The notes below the pieces were generated by a model, which was not told the DNA's origin, made no database searches, and worked only from the letters and a program-made list of their open reading frames with translations. A DNA stretch of 60,762 nucleotides, the filler included. It is 8 parts of 8 records of this genome, joined end to end, with 100 filler letters (N's around TTAATTAATTAA, not from the genome) between each part and the next. Parts side by side here need not be neighbours in the genome. Positions count along the whole stretch, not along the records: positions 32,126 to 38,325 come from SRR31156797_155166; positions 38,426 to 44,296 come from SRR31156797_155975; 6 more parts are not named here. One strand, given 5' to 3'. The first letter of the stretch is position 1. Every line of letters begins with the position of its first letter. The position numbers were made by a program, and so were the translations under genes. This document shows positions 35,101 to 44,084 of the stretch, one piece after another.

Positions 35101-35511
35101 ATTGACTCGTCCGGCCCGGGACCGGACATGATTCTTACCGGTGAAATAGACCTTTTTTATGTGACGCCCGAAAAAACAGCACGGGTAATTGATTATAAAT
35201 ATGCGGAACCGGAAAAAGCCAAAAGATATGAACCTCAGATAATAGCCTATGCCCTGGCCCTGAAAAAAGCCGGCCTTTCCAGCAGGCTTGAAGCAGGTTT
35301 GTATTTTGCCGCCGAAGAAAAGGGAATAATCAAGGAAATCCTGTTCAATGAAGACTGGGACCGGCTATTTGAAATACTGCTTCAAAAAACAGCCGAAAAA
35401 ATAGGGGCTATGACCCTGCCCGGAGCAGCGCCTCCCGAGCGAAGGGAAACATGCCCCAATCCCGGATGCGGTTGGGAATGGGCGTGCCGTAACCCTGGAT
35501 TCCAGTTATAA
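32128..35511 (+). CDS. AddA/UvrD-like SF1 helicase with C-terminal PD-(D/E)XK nuclease (5' truncated)
   Basis: YTEKAAREM, STIHSFC, VDEFQDTN, GDPKQSIYRFRGA, NFRS, MTIHQAKGLQF, LYVAATRA; nuclease GEIDL...IDYK...QIIAY. Confidence 0.93.
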   Translation, partial: YTEKAAREMRDRIRISLNDRIENDPDNHEYWLKQRHLLDRAQISTIHSFCLKILRQYGLEAGLDPDFNVLDADRDFLADAHKEALLDLLEQEDEDLIALLDYFPWFSRGRSRGLDSILTALSNNERTFGRSVKPAGINPGPLDEALDDLHRAVDMIDEFMAAGKIKPGKAYFDIIAKFVARAKEILDNNSSDIDKIADLQDGLKGNWYAAKPARDLASASLAAFVAERDRRLALPLKENLLSLSRKIGLEIDTIKENAQLLDFDDLLLKTRDMLARNANIRAMLKQTYRVVMVDEFQDTNRLQADILAFIVEPENLFQAVDFDDLPTDLSAMDVLPMEERRLVVFGDPKQSIYRFRGAEVGVFQRLKHSISTSGGSIIDLNKNFRSQKKLVDFYNKFFSAAMTGDGELNTGFTPLDVQNWARKDNTSGPAVSVLNIPQGDKAAEERSKEAYALAEYINSLLAGQKNVLVTDQGLPPKPADIAILLRRFTHLKVYEQALQKLGLPYYTVRGRGFYQCQEVFDLINLMFFLADPQNSPALLGILRSPLIGLSDDSITRMAWPGYISAPIDICAYFNEPVPSPPADMPEEQQNALISAQALFAKLSAMSGRSFTHELIEAAIEETQYLAVLLSGRQGEQKVANVKRFIEILRKLPGQALYCPIEASIFLKKRLADQKDDPEAAASAEEDRSIRIMTIHQAKGLQFPIVIIPDSGQKAKSRGGKGGIALFGPDSSLTIRFKDPLTGHKIIPGDYQLLSKEEEMREREEHLRLLYVAATRACDHLVFSGTVHKTKGADDDSWLAKVNAFAADHPEMVKSIVPDEQLPSDESISIFNYNIECSHENTGEDSGDGPVVDAFRRAFFKPSLQAHVVNVTATGLAQYLTCPRQYFMEQILGLPQKNINGDSDRGGVLTPREKGLVFHLLMEHLDLKKDPEIEELEKTAAEKAFRFNTKTSRGESNEIARRVMEFAQNPWGRDMFRSRDNLVQRETPVWLKIDSSGPGPDMILTGEIDLFYVTPEKTARVIDYKYAEPEKAKRYEPQIIAYALALKKAGLSSRLEAGLYFAAEEKGIIKEILFNEDWDRLFEILLQKTAEKIGAMTLPGAAPPERRETCPNPGCGWEWACRNPGFQL

Positions 35512-35567
35512 TGGTTTGTATCATCAGTGTCGGTCCGGAATGGACAGGCGCCAACAAAATCTTTGTC

Positions 35568-35596
35568 TTGAAAATAAGTTATGTCGCATCTATGAT
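35568..35596 (+). promoter_or_regulatory. Sigma70-type promoter TTGAAA-N17-TATGAT
   Basis: Near-consensus -35 and -10 boxes with 17-bp spacing immediately upstream of the CGNR gene. Confidence 0.65.
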
Positions 35597-35616
35597 AGTC
35601 TTTCATGGAGGCTTCG

Positions 35617-36321
35617 GTGAATATTGAAATCCTGGTCTTCGCCAACTTTGAATACCGCATTGAAAAAACCACAACCAAGGTTATTGTTGGAGACCGGGTT
35701 CAGGATGAAGAACGCTACACCCTGAATTGGAAGGAATATAGCGACCTTTTAAAGAGTAAGGGGTTTGACGTTTCCCCCCAGGTCCGCCCTTTTTTTAACA
35801 GGTATCAGGCCGCCAGGCCGGATAAGGAATTTTTTCATAAATTCAAGATATTTCAGGATGAAATAAAGAAAATTCTCGACACCATTGCCGGCGGCCGCTC
35901 CATTCCGCTTGAACTTTGGCAGTCATTATTCAGGGAAGCGGAAAAAATCGGCGAGTTTATTTTACCCAAACCCGAAGTAAAAGGCCCGATCCGGGAAGAA
36001 GACCTCCAAAACCTGACCTTTGAAAAACATGTAACAGCGGAAACCTACCGCGCTTTTCTTTACGGGGAGCTCAGAAGGCTTATAGTTGAGCGCAAAATCT
36101 TTCGTCTGCGTAAATGTCCGGAATGCAACATATATTTTTACGACGGCACTAAAAATGGGCGTAAAATCTATTGCAATATCCAGGTTTGCGGCAATAAGGC
36201 CAAGCAAAGGGCCTGGCAGCGTCGCCGTGCTGAAAAAATAGCCAAAGTACAGCCTTCGCTGGATTTTAAAACTCGGGAAACTTCAAACCACGATTTTGAT
36301 GCGGGCTATGAAAGGGATTAG
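35617..36321 (+). CDS. CGNR zinc-finger domain protein
   Basis: RLRKCPECNIYFYDGTKNGRKIYCNIQVCGNKAKQRAW; GTG at 35617 follows GGAGG (alternative ATG at 35605). Confidence 0.87.
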   Translation: MNIEILVFANFEYRIEKTTTKVIVGDRVQDEERYTLNWKEYSDLLKSKGFDVSPQVRPFFNRYQAARPDKEFFHKFKIFQDEIKKILDTIAGGRSIPLELWQSLFREAEKIGEFILPKPEVKGPIREEDLQNLTFEKHVTAETYRAFLYGELRRLIVERKIFRLRKCPECNIYFYDGTKNGRKIYCNIQVCGNKAKQRAWQRRRAEKIAKVQPSLDFKTRETSNHDFDAGYERD

Positions 36322-36633
36322 CTGACGGAATCGGTGACAGGACGTCGAATTTTGGGAAGAATTATTTGCAGACTGATCTTTTCGGTTTGCCTTCGCAATT
36401 CCGCTACCTCAAACAATCTTTGCTTTAAGGGAACGGAAAAATAAAAGGGGCTTAACATCAAAATCGCCACTATGGCTCTTTTATTCACCTTGCACCTTCC
36501 AGGCAACATCTTCTGTACTACTTATCGGCTCTGTTTCAGCTTTTAATTAATACAAATATCTCAAGTAATTATTGATGGTCGTTAAATCAGAATTCAGCTT
36601 TCTTCAGGCGTCCCTGTAGATTTTCAATACAAC

Positions 36634-36658
36634 AAAAAGGCCGGGCGATTCGCCCGGC
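36634..36658 (-). terminator. Rho-independent terminator after the Opu-type gene
   Basis: GCCGGGCG/CGCCCGGC stem followed by CTTTTT on the minus strand. Confidence 0.7.
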
Positions 36659-36681
36659 TCGATTAAATCCACCGATTTAAA

Positions 36682-38313
36682 TTACTTTATATACCCGTTT
36701 TTCTTTAAAAACTTTTCTGCAATTTCCTTGGGATCGCCGCCTTCATCAAACTGAAGGTTCAATGAAGTCATGGTCGTGGAATCGATTTTATCGCTAAGCT
36801 TGCTTACCACGTTTAAAAGCTCCGGGTATTTTTGGGTCGTCTTCATATCCAGAACGTATGCCGCGCTATAGTCGGGGAAAAATTCCTTGTCGTCTTCAAG
36901 CGTAACCAGGTTCAATTTAACGATCCTGGAATCAGTAGCGTACGCGGCAATGACTTCGACTTCCTTGTTGGCAATGGCCTGGTACATCATGGAATACTGC
37001 ATGGGCAGCACTTCCTTGAAATTAATCCCGTAAGCCTTTGACCACCCAGGATAAGCATCCGACCTTGTGTCGAAATTCTCATCTCCTCCGAGTATCCAGC
37101 CCTTGGCATCAGCTTTTAAATCCGATGCTTTTTTCAATTTATATTTATCCGCGGTTTCCTTTCTGACCGCCATTATGTATGTGTTGCTGAAACCAAAAGG
37201 CTTGGCCCAGGTCATGTTGAATTTTTTCTCAAATCCTTCCTTTACCCTTTTAAACGTTTCATCCTTGCTCAAATTCGGACCTTCATAACGCAAAATACCG
37301 GTCAACTGCGTCCCGGTCCAGGTAGGATAGAGATCTATTTCACCCCCGGCCATGGCCTGGTGAAGAACGGATGAAGCCGCGAAATCAGTGTTGATGTTTG
37401 TTTCCAATCCAGTGTAGTTGTCAATCAGCAACTTGGCCATCCAGGCCAGAATAATGGTTTCATTTACCGTCTGGGCGGCGATGCGCACTTTGCCCTTATA
37501 CTTCATCGGATCGGTTTCCGCTGCTGTCGCCTGGCCGACGGCCCCAAACAAAAACACAACGCTAACCGCAATTATAATCGCCTTTGTCGCCGGATTTACC
37601 TTTGCCACAGATATATACCTCCCTTTTATCATCGCCTCGCTTCGCTTTTTCAAACGGCGGGCTTTTCTTTTCGGATCATAATGTGTCTGAATCATTTTGA
37701 AGCCCTGGTCCGCGAAAAGGGCCAATATGGTAACCGGCACGGCGCCGGCCATGATAATTTCATAACGTATACTGGCCAGACCGGAAAAAATCAGTTTGCC
37801 CAGTCCGCCTCCGCCAATGCAGGAAGCCAGGGTCGCGGTCCCGATTATCCAGACGGCGGCCACCCTGATCCCGGCGATAATTACCGGCCGCGCCAGCGGC
37901 AACTCAACTTTGGTCAATATCTGGAGTTCGGTCATGCCCATGCCCCGGGCCGCTGAAACAAGATGCGCCGGAACGCTCTTTATCCCCGTGTAAGTGTTTT
38001 GAATCACCGGCAGCATGGCGTATAAAATCAGAGCGCAAATGGCGTTATCATTCCCGATTCCAAAAACCAGGATTAAAAACCCCAAAAGGGCCAGACTTGG
38101 AATGGTCTGAAAAACGTTGGCCGCTCCGATTACGTAAGGGGATATTTTTTCATTTCTGGTCAGGTAAACGCCCAGGGGAATGCAAATTGCCATGGTAATG
38201 CCCAAGGCTATCGCACTTATCCAGACATGCTGCCAGGCCAGCTTCAATATTCGGGGCCAGTAATTGATCGAATATTGAATAAATAATTCAATTAAGGATT
38301 TTTCATCAATCAT
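36682..38313 (-). CDS. Glycine betaine/choline (Opu/OsmF-type) ABC permease fused to substrate-binding protein
   Basis: QTIPSLALLG, NTYTGI, EAA-loop SAARGMGMT and GGGGLG; OpuAC-like IDLYPTWTGT, FGFSNTY and LEDDKEFFPDY. Confidence 0.92.
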   Translation of the reverse strand: MIDEKSLIELFIQYSINYWPRILKLAWQHVWISAIALGITMAICIPLGVYLTRNEKISPYVIGAANVFQTIPSLALLGFLILVFGIGNDNAICALILYAMLPVIQNTYTGIKSVPAHLVSAARGMGMTELQILTKVELPLARPVIIAGIRVAAVWIIGTATLASCIGGGGLGKLIFSGLASIRYEIIMAGAVPVTILALFADQGFKMIQTHYDPKRKARRLKKRSEAMIKGRYISVAKVNPATKAIIIAVSVVFLFGAVGQATAAETDPMKYKGKVRIAAQTVNETIILAWMAKLLIDNYTGLETNINTDFAASSVLHQAMAGGEIDLYPTWTGTQLTGILRYEGPNLSKDETFKRVKEGFEKKFNMTWAKPFGFSNTYIMAVRKETADKYKLKKASDLKADAKGWILGGDENFDTRSDAYPGWSKAYGINFKEVLPMQYSMMYQAIANKEVEVIAAYATDSRIVKLNLVTLEDDKEFFPDYSAAYVLDMKTTQKYPELLNVVSKLSDKIDSTTMTSLNLQFDEGGDPKEIAEKFLKKNGYIK

Positions 38314-38325
38314 TACGCCGCTCCT

Positions 38326-38425
38326 NNNNNNNNNNNNNNNNNNNNNNNNNNNNNNNNNNNNNNNNNNNNTTAATTAATTAANNNNNNNNNNNNNNNNNNN
38401 NNNNNNNNNNNNNNNNNNNNNNNNN
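38326..38425. other. Artificial contig spacer
   Basis: N44-TTAATTAATTAA-N44. Confidence 0.99.
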
Positions 38426-38749
38426 AAAGGGCTTGGTGATGTAATCCACGCCACCGCACTTCAACGCTTTGACTTTGTCGTCCGAATCCCCCAATGCACT
38501 GATGAAAATGACCGGGATATCTTTGAGACCGGCCCGGGATTTGAATTCCTCACATACCTCATATCCGTTCATCTCGGGCATGTTGATATCCAACAGAATC
38601 AGATTCGGCGGTTTTCGCATCGCTGCGGCCAAAGCCATTTTCCCTCCCGGAAAAGCGGATACGCGATACCCCTTTCGATCGAGCATGGAACTGAGGAGTT
38701 GAAGGTTTTCCGGTGTGTCGTCCACAATCATTATGTTTTCAGTATTCAA
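38426..38749 (-). CDS. Response regulator, receiver domain (3' truncated)
   Basis: IMIVDDTPENL, LLDINMPEMNGYEVC and GGVDYITKPF; TTG start overlaps the kinase stop. Confidence 0.92.
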
Positions 38750-41700
38750 CAGTTACCTCGCTGTTCTTCCTTTTTCCGTCACTGGCACTAAGGATCTCCA
38801 ATAAGGATTCATAATCGTATTGATGCGCCAGATTTTTCAATTTGTTCGCGAAATCCGAATTGATCGACACGACCTGTTCTGACAAGGATTCAAAATGGGT
38901 CATATCGCCCATTTCAACTGCTGATTGAAGAGATCCGCGTAATCTTTCGGGCAGGCATTGGACCGTTTCAATGATCGCATCTTCACCCATCTCTGTGCTG
39001 TGGATCTGTTTGGGCTCATCGTCACCCGAGGGTCGTCTGCATAGCAAGTTGATCTGCTCAATGATGGTATCGGCTTTATACGGCTTCGTCACGAATGCGT
39101 CTCCACCCGAGGCCACAACCTTTTGATGAATCTCTTCTCTACTGATACCCGTAGCCGTTACGATGAGCACTTTTATTGTCTCGCTCCCGGGAAGACGGCG
39201 AAGGTTCCGACAGGTCATGTATCCGTCGATACCAGGTAGCAGAATATCCAAAATCACGAGATCCGGTTCAAAGGTGCCAAATGCTTCCAGCGCAGCTTCT
39301 CCACTTTCCACGTCCATGGAGCGGTATCCTTTGTCCTTAAGGATGTTTTTTAACAATATCCTGCTGACCGGATCGTCCTCCACAATCATAACCTTCTGGA
39401 TTGCCTGATTCTTTCTCCGGAGGGAAGAAGTATCCGCAGGGTTGGTTTGTTCTTCGATCTCGGTCTTCCGATCGCTGTTTTGATAAGGAAAGGAAACACG
39501 GAAGACAGATCCCTCACCGGGACAGCTCTTGACAAGCAAAAGTCCCCCCCCCATTGCCTCTGCATAAGCCCTGCTGATGGACAACCCAAGGCCTGTACCC
39601 TCCGAGGAGCCCTTTCCGCTATTGGTTTGTTCAAAAGCTTCAAATAATTTTTGTTGTTCATTCTGGCCGATGCCACTGCCAGTATCTTGTATCTCGATTG
39701 AAAGGAAATTGTTCTGCCCTTCAGCAGACTGGATATGGCTCCTTACGGCAATACGGCCTCGCTGGGTAAATTTTACGGCATTGGACAACAGATTAATGAG
39801 AATCTGCCTTACCTTTCCACGATCTCCGACAATGAATTCGGGAACGTGGCGATCCGTTTCGAACCTCAATTGAATGTTCTTTTTCTGGCAGGCAAGTTGA
39901 AAAATCGATTCGAGGTCCACCAGAAGTTGATGTAAATTCATTGGCGCCCGCGTCACCTCGATGTGCCCGGCTTCGATCCTGGACATGGTTAGTATGTCGT
40001 TGATCAGTTCCAGCAGATGATCTCCGCTGCGATTAATGGTATGGACCTGCCTGCGCTGCGACTCTCCCAAATTGTCATCCTGCTGAAGGAGTTGAGAATG
40101 ACCGAGAATCGCATTGAGAGGCGTTCGGATCTCATGACTCATGTTGGCCAGAAAAATGCTTTTCGATCGGTTCGCCGCCTCTGCTTTTTCTGCTAACTCT
40201 TCGGCCCGGGAAATTGCGGTTTTCAATTGCTCATTGGCCTGTTTCAATGCATTCTCCGCTTCTACCCGGCTGCGAATGTCGACGATGCATTCCAACAGTT
40301 TTTCCCTGCCCTGGATCCTTATTCGATTGACCGTTTTAAGCACAGGTATTCGGGATTTGTTATGACGGATAAGAACCCGATCCGAACTGTCCACGGGCTG
40401 ATCCATATCCAATATGGGGCATCGACCTTCTTCCGCAGGGCACATGAATTGGTGGCATGAATGGCCCTCAATTTCTGCAGCCGGCGCCCCAAAGAGTTGG
40501 GAAGCGGTAGGGTTAACGCGCTCAATCATTCTGTTCTGGGCATCGATGATAACCAATCCCACGGGAAGGTGCTGCATGAGTGTACGCTGGATCAACTCCT
40601 TTTCACGCAACGTCTCCTCCATCCGTTTTCGCTCCGTCACATCCTCTTTGACTGCCACATAGTGCGTGACGACGCCCTGTTCGTTCCGGATGGGGGAAAT
40701 GGAGGCTGATTCCCAGTACAGCCCCCCGTCCTTACAACGATTTTCCAGTTCTCCTTTCCACTCATGGCCAGCCAGGAGTTGTTCCCACATCTGGTCATAA
40801 ACATCCCTGTCCATCATCCCGGATTGAAGGATGCTCGGGTTCTTGCCGACAGATTCATGGAAAGAATAGCCCGTGCTTTCAACAAACTTCGGATTGACGT
40901 ACTCAATGATGGCATCCGTATTGGTGATGACAATACTGACGGGACTCTGTTCTACCGCGATAGAGAGTTTTCTGGCCGTCTCTTCACTTTTCCTGAGCGC
41001 CTCTTCGGTGTGTTTGCGTTCGGTGATATCGTGAAAAGCCGTCACCGAACCCACCAGTTCATCCTTCATGTAGATGGGGCGGCTGGCCACTTCAACAGTG
41101 AGAATCTTTCCGGAGTTATGCAGGAAATGCTCTTCCCCATCATATCTTTGACCTCGGCCGACCTGGGTAAAAAAGGGGCAGTCATGCCGGTGAATAAAGG
41201 CATTTCCTTCGTTGCTGTGAATCTTTTCATGCGCCATCTGTCCGATCAACTCTCGGGGCTCATACCCCAAAATTCGGCAGGCCGCAGGATTGATACGTAT
41301 GATCCTCGCTTCCGGATCCATCACGTAAACACCTTCTGCCAGGGTGTCGTTGATCACTTTAATATCTCTTTGTTCCCGGATCAGTGCCCTGGTTCGATTA
41401 CGCAGCCCAAGTATCAGCATGCCGATGATGCCCAGGGCAATTACGGCGACGGCGAGGTAAGCAAAAAAATCCTTGCGATAGGTTCCCGCAACCGGATCCG
41501 GTGCGTAGGTGACCAGATAACCGGCCTTTTGGCCGGAAACATCGCTGATGGGCAGCAAAGAGACAATATAGGGACAACCCGCTGAAGAGGCGCCAACGGT
41601 AATTCCTATCCCACGGCTCATGGCCGCCTGAACGCCCTGGTTGTGAAACAGATTCCGGTTTATGGCTTTTGCCTGATCCGACAACGGGGGCGGGCTGTCC

Positions 41701-42443
41701 GGCAGCAATGCGTTCGCATCTTCCATGATGTACCCCGGATTGAGCTCCGACGTGGAGTAGAGCCATTTTTGTTCGGCGAACACATAGGGTTCGATCAAAT
41801 GCCGATTCAGCAAAAACAGATACTCCCGATTGGGATCCAGCTCTGCCATGGCATCCCGAATGCCTTTGGTTGTCACCCCCAATTCAACGGAACCGAGGTG
41901 GCGTCCTTTCCAGGAGATGGGATAGACGTACCGGAAACCGGAAAGCACCCTTCCCGTTTCAAAACCATGAACGGAACGTTTTTCGGTATTTACAATACGA
42001 ACGGAATGGCGCACGGCCGAAAGTGCATCACCGTGCTTTTTCGGCTTGTGAAACCTCAAAAAGCTGGTCCCGTCTGCCTGATGAAAATGCAATTGGAGAA
42101 TGCTCTGCTTTTTCATGGTTCGGTATTGCGGCAGGAGCAAGCGATATAACCGCCCTTTGGCCAGATTGCGTTCTTTTCCTGTTCCTGTAACACCTTCTGC
42201 AAATAGTTCCAGAAAATCCGGTTGACGGATGGCATTTGTGTAGAATGCTTCCATGGCCAAATGGTACATCTGAATACTGGCATTGTAAGCCGTTTGCAAA
42301 ACCTTTTGGTGTTGCGCAAAATGGGCGCGCTGTCTCAGCAGCCAATTGTGATACAAGAAGGTGCTCAGACCGGTGGCAACGATGACCAGAATAAGCACAA
42401 GGACGACTGTCTTGTCTATGATGGGCCTGATCCACCGTGTCAT
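38739..42443 (-). CDS. Hybrid sensor histidine kinase (TM-Cache-like-TM, three PAS, HisKA, HATPase, REC)
   Basis: SFLRFHKP..HGD and GFETGR..SGFRYVYP periplasmic motifs; PAS ends HDITERK and EDVTERK; FLANMSHEIRTPLN, NLLSNAVKFT, GTGLGL; REC IVEDD/LDILLP. Confidence 0.95.
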   Translation of the reverse strand: MTRWIRPIIDKTVVLVLILVIVATGLSTFLYHNWLLRQRAHFAQHQKVLQTAYNASIQMYHLAMEAFYTNAIRQPDFLELFAEGVTGTGKERNLAKGRLYRLLLPQYRTMKKQSILQLHFHQADGTSFLRFHKPKKHGDALSAVRHSVRIVNTEKRSVHGFETGRVLSGFRYVYPISWKGRHLGSVELGVTTKGIRDAMAELDPNREYLFLLNRHLIEPYVFAEQKWLYSTSELNPGYIMEDANALLPDSPPPLSDQAKAINRNLFHNQGVQAAMSRGIGITVGASSAGCPYIVSLLPISDVSGQKAGYLVTYAPDPVAGTYRKDFFAYLAVAVIALGIIGMLILGLRNRTRALIREQRDIKVINDTLAEGVYVMDPEARIIRINPAACRILGYEPRELIGQMAHEKIHSNEGNAFIHRHDCPFFTQVGRGQRYDGEEHFLHNSGKILTVEVASRPIYMKDELVGSVTAFHDITERKHTEEALRKSEETARKLSIAVEQSPVSIVITNTDAIIEYVNPKFVESTGYSFHESVGKNPSILQSGMMDRDVYDQMWEQLLAGHEWKGELENRCKDGGLYWESASISPIRNEQGVVTHYVAVKEDVTERKRMEETLREKELIQRTLMQHLPVGLVIIDAQNRMIERVNPTASQLFGAPAAEIEGHSCHQFMCPAEEGRCPILDMDQPVDSSDRVLIRHNKSRIPVLKTVNRIRIQGREKLLECIVDIRSRVEAENALKQANEQLKTAISRAEELAEKAEAANRSKSIFLANMSHEIRTPLNAILGHSQLLQQDDNLGESQRRQVHTINRSGDHLLELINDILTMSRIEAGHIEVTRAPMNLHQLLVDLESIFQLACQKKNIQLRFETDRHVPEFIVGDRGKVRQILINLLSNAVKFTQRGRIAVRSHIQSAEGQNNFLSIEIQDTGSGIGQNEQQKLFEAFEQTNSGKGSSEGTGLGLSISRAYAEAMGGGLLLVKSCPGEGSVFRVSFPYQNSDRKTEIEEQTNPADTSSLRRKNQAIQKVMIVEDDPVSRILLKNILKDKGYRSMDVESGEAALEAFGTFEPDLVILDILLPGIDGYMTCRNLRRLPGSETIKVLIVTATGISREEIHQKVVASGGDAFVTKPYKADTIIEQINLLCRRPSGDDEPKQIHSTEMGEDAIIETVQCLPERLRGSLQSAVEMGDMTHFESLSEQVVSINSDFANKLKNLAHQYDYESLLEILSASDGKRKNSEVTVEY

Positions 42444-43294
42444 TATAAATTCCTCTTTATCGGAATTTTTGCTTCACCCAACAACGCTCTTACGGGATTG
42501 TAATCGTCATCCGACGCCGGAACGGCTCCAAAGCGGATGTTCTTTCCCCAGGAAGAGAGCATATTTTTATCTTTTCCATCGGGCTCCAGTTCGATCATTA
42601 TCCTACGAATTTTTCCCATGAGCTCAGGTGTCAAGACAATCGTGTTTCCGACCAGAGCAAAAGCAGGGAGTGGTGATGTTTCGGAAATCGTCTCCAATCC
42701 TAAATGAGCATACTCATTGGCAATGGCGGATTTCAGTCCTCCGGCATTGAATTGCCCCTGTAGAACGGCAAGAGCGACGGCATCGTGTTTACCGACATAT
42801 CGATAGGAATTGTCTTCCAAAGAGCTTCCCAGGCCTCGCATCAATCCACTGACGGCAAGATACCCACAGGTGGACAATGGCTGTGTCAAAGCCACTTTCC
42901 GGTTTTTTGCAACGTTCGGATCAAAAACATTATCCGGGAAAGTCACCAACGAACAGGTGTAGGTCGTTTTACCGGATTTCTCCTTGAAACGGACCAAAGG
43001 CTTCGCATGGGGGGCACGGGTACGTAATTCAACATAGGGGAGAGGCCCGAGATAGGCCAGGTCCACGCGGGAATGATTGAATTTTTCGAGAATATCTGCA
43101 TAACTATCCGAATAATCATAAACAATCTTGACGTTTAGGCGTTGTTCCAAGTAGTTGGTCATGGGTCTGAACTGCTTTACCACGGTCTCCCTGTCCTGCA
43201 TGGGCAACGGAGAGAATCGGAGGGTCCGTGCCTCACCGTTGGAAAACATCACCAACGGGACCAAACAAACAGACACCAGAATTGCTTTGATCAT
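42443..43294 (-). CDS. PhnD/SsuA-like periplasmic substrate-binding protein
   Basis: Signal peptide, VDLAYLGPLPY, STCGYL and GKHDAVALAV. ATG at 43294 follows AGGA; its stop overlaps the kinase ATG (TAATG). Confidence 0.88.
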   Translation of the reverse strand: MIKAILVSVCLVPLVMFSNGEARTLRFSPLPMQDRETVVKQFRPMTNYLEQRLNVKIVYDYSDSYADILEKFNHSRVDLAYLGPLPYVELRTRAPHAKPLVRFKEKSGKTTYTCSLVTFPDNVFDPNVAKNRKVALTQPLSTCGYLAVSGLMRGLGSSLEDNSYRYVGKHDAVALAVLQGQFNAGGLKSAIANEYAHLGLETISETSPLPAFALVGNTIVLTPELMGKIRRIMIELEPDGKDKNMLSSWGKNIRFGAVPASDDDYNPVRALLGEAKIPIKRNL

Positions 43295-43470
43295 TTCATG
43301 TTTCCTGTCTTCCAAGCCTTGGGTTATTTGTTGTAATGGATCATCAAACCCCTTATCGGTATTGGAGGGGAGACTCTTTATCCCCTGACAACAAAACGAA
43401 TGAAAAATGTTATGGCAACCCTCAGGCGAAAAGATAAAAAAATGAATCGAAGTCGATTGTCCAATCGTCA

Positions 43471-43671
43471 TTGGAATGGAAGATCATCGAATTGCTGGGT
43501 CCCATGGAGCAAGCAGGATCCGTCTATGTCCAGCGAGTTGGTCTCGAATTGGATCATGCCATTGAGATCGTCCAACACTTTGCCGTTCACAGCCACATTC
43601 CAGAACCCCTGCGAACCGCTCACTTGATTGCCGGCGCTCTGATCAACGGACAGAGCCGTGGAAATCCCTGA
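43471..43671 (+). pseudogene. C-terminal fragment of a DUF99 (endonuclease V-like) gene
   Basis: VYVQRVGL...IPEPLRTAHLIAGAL..GQSRG matches the DUF99 C-terminus; in-frame TAA at 43435 and no N-terminal part. Confidence 0.7.
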
Positions 43672-43817
43672 TAGGGAGACAAGAACTGAATGGTGGCCGG
43701 ATTGCCGAATGTATGGTAATGTGAAGTGTCAATTTGAATAGCTGTAAACCAACACAGCAATCTTACGCCTAAACGGATGCGATCTCTGGCACAGACCTCT
43801 TCAAGGAGACGACACAT

Positions 43818-44081
43818 ATGAGCTGGTTACATCTCGGATTGATTGGCGCCATCGTATTTGCCCTGCACTCGTTCCAACAAATCAAAATAACGCTCAAAGA
43901 TAAAGGCTACCAGGTAGATATGATGACCGGGTGGTTAGCGGATTATCGCAGGTTTAAGCAGTTGATCCTCGATGAAACCGATGAAAACACTCGCTACAAG
44001 TATCAACGGATACTCAACGGTTTGCACCTGGCTCTTGCCGGCATTGTTATCATACCATTGCTTTTTTTTTCAGGGAATTAA
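43818..44081 (+). CDS. Small two-TM hypothetical protein
   Basis: RBS AAGGAG, hydrophobic N- and C-termini, 3 bp from the next gene. Confidence 0.75.
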   Translation: MSWLHLGLIGAIVFALHSFQQIKITLKDKGYQVDMMTGWLADYRRFKQLILDETDENTRYKYQRILNGLHLALAGIVIIPLLFFSGN

Positions 44082-44084
44082 ATC

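Noticed and set aside
34740-35511. Cas4 or a CRISPR-associated nuclease
   Set aside because: It is the C-terminal domain of an AddA-like helicase; no cas genes or array are present.
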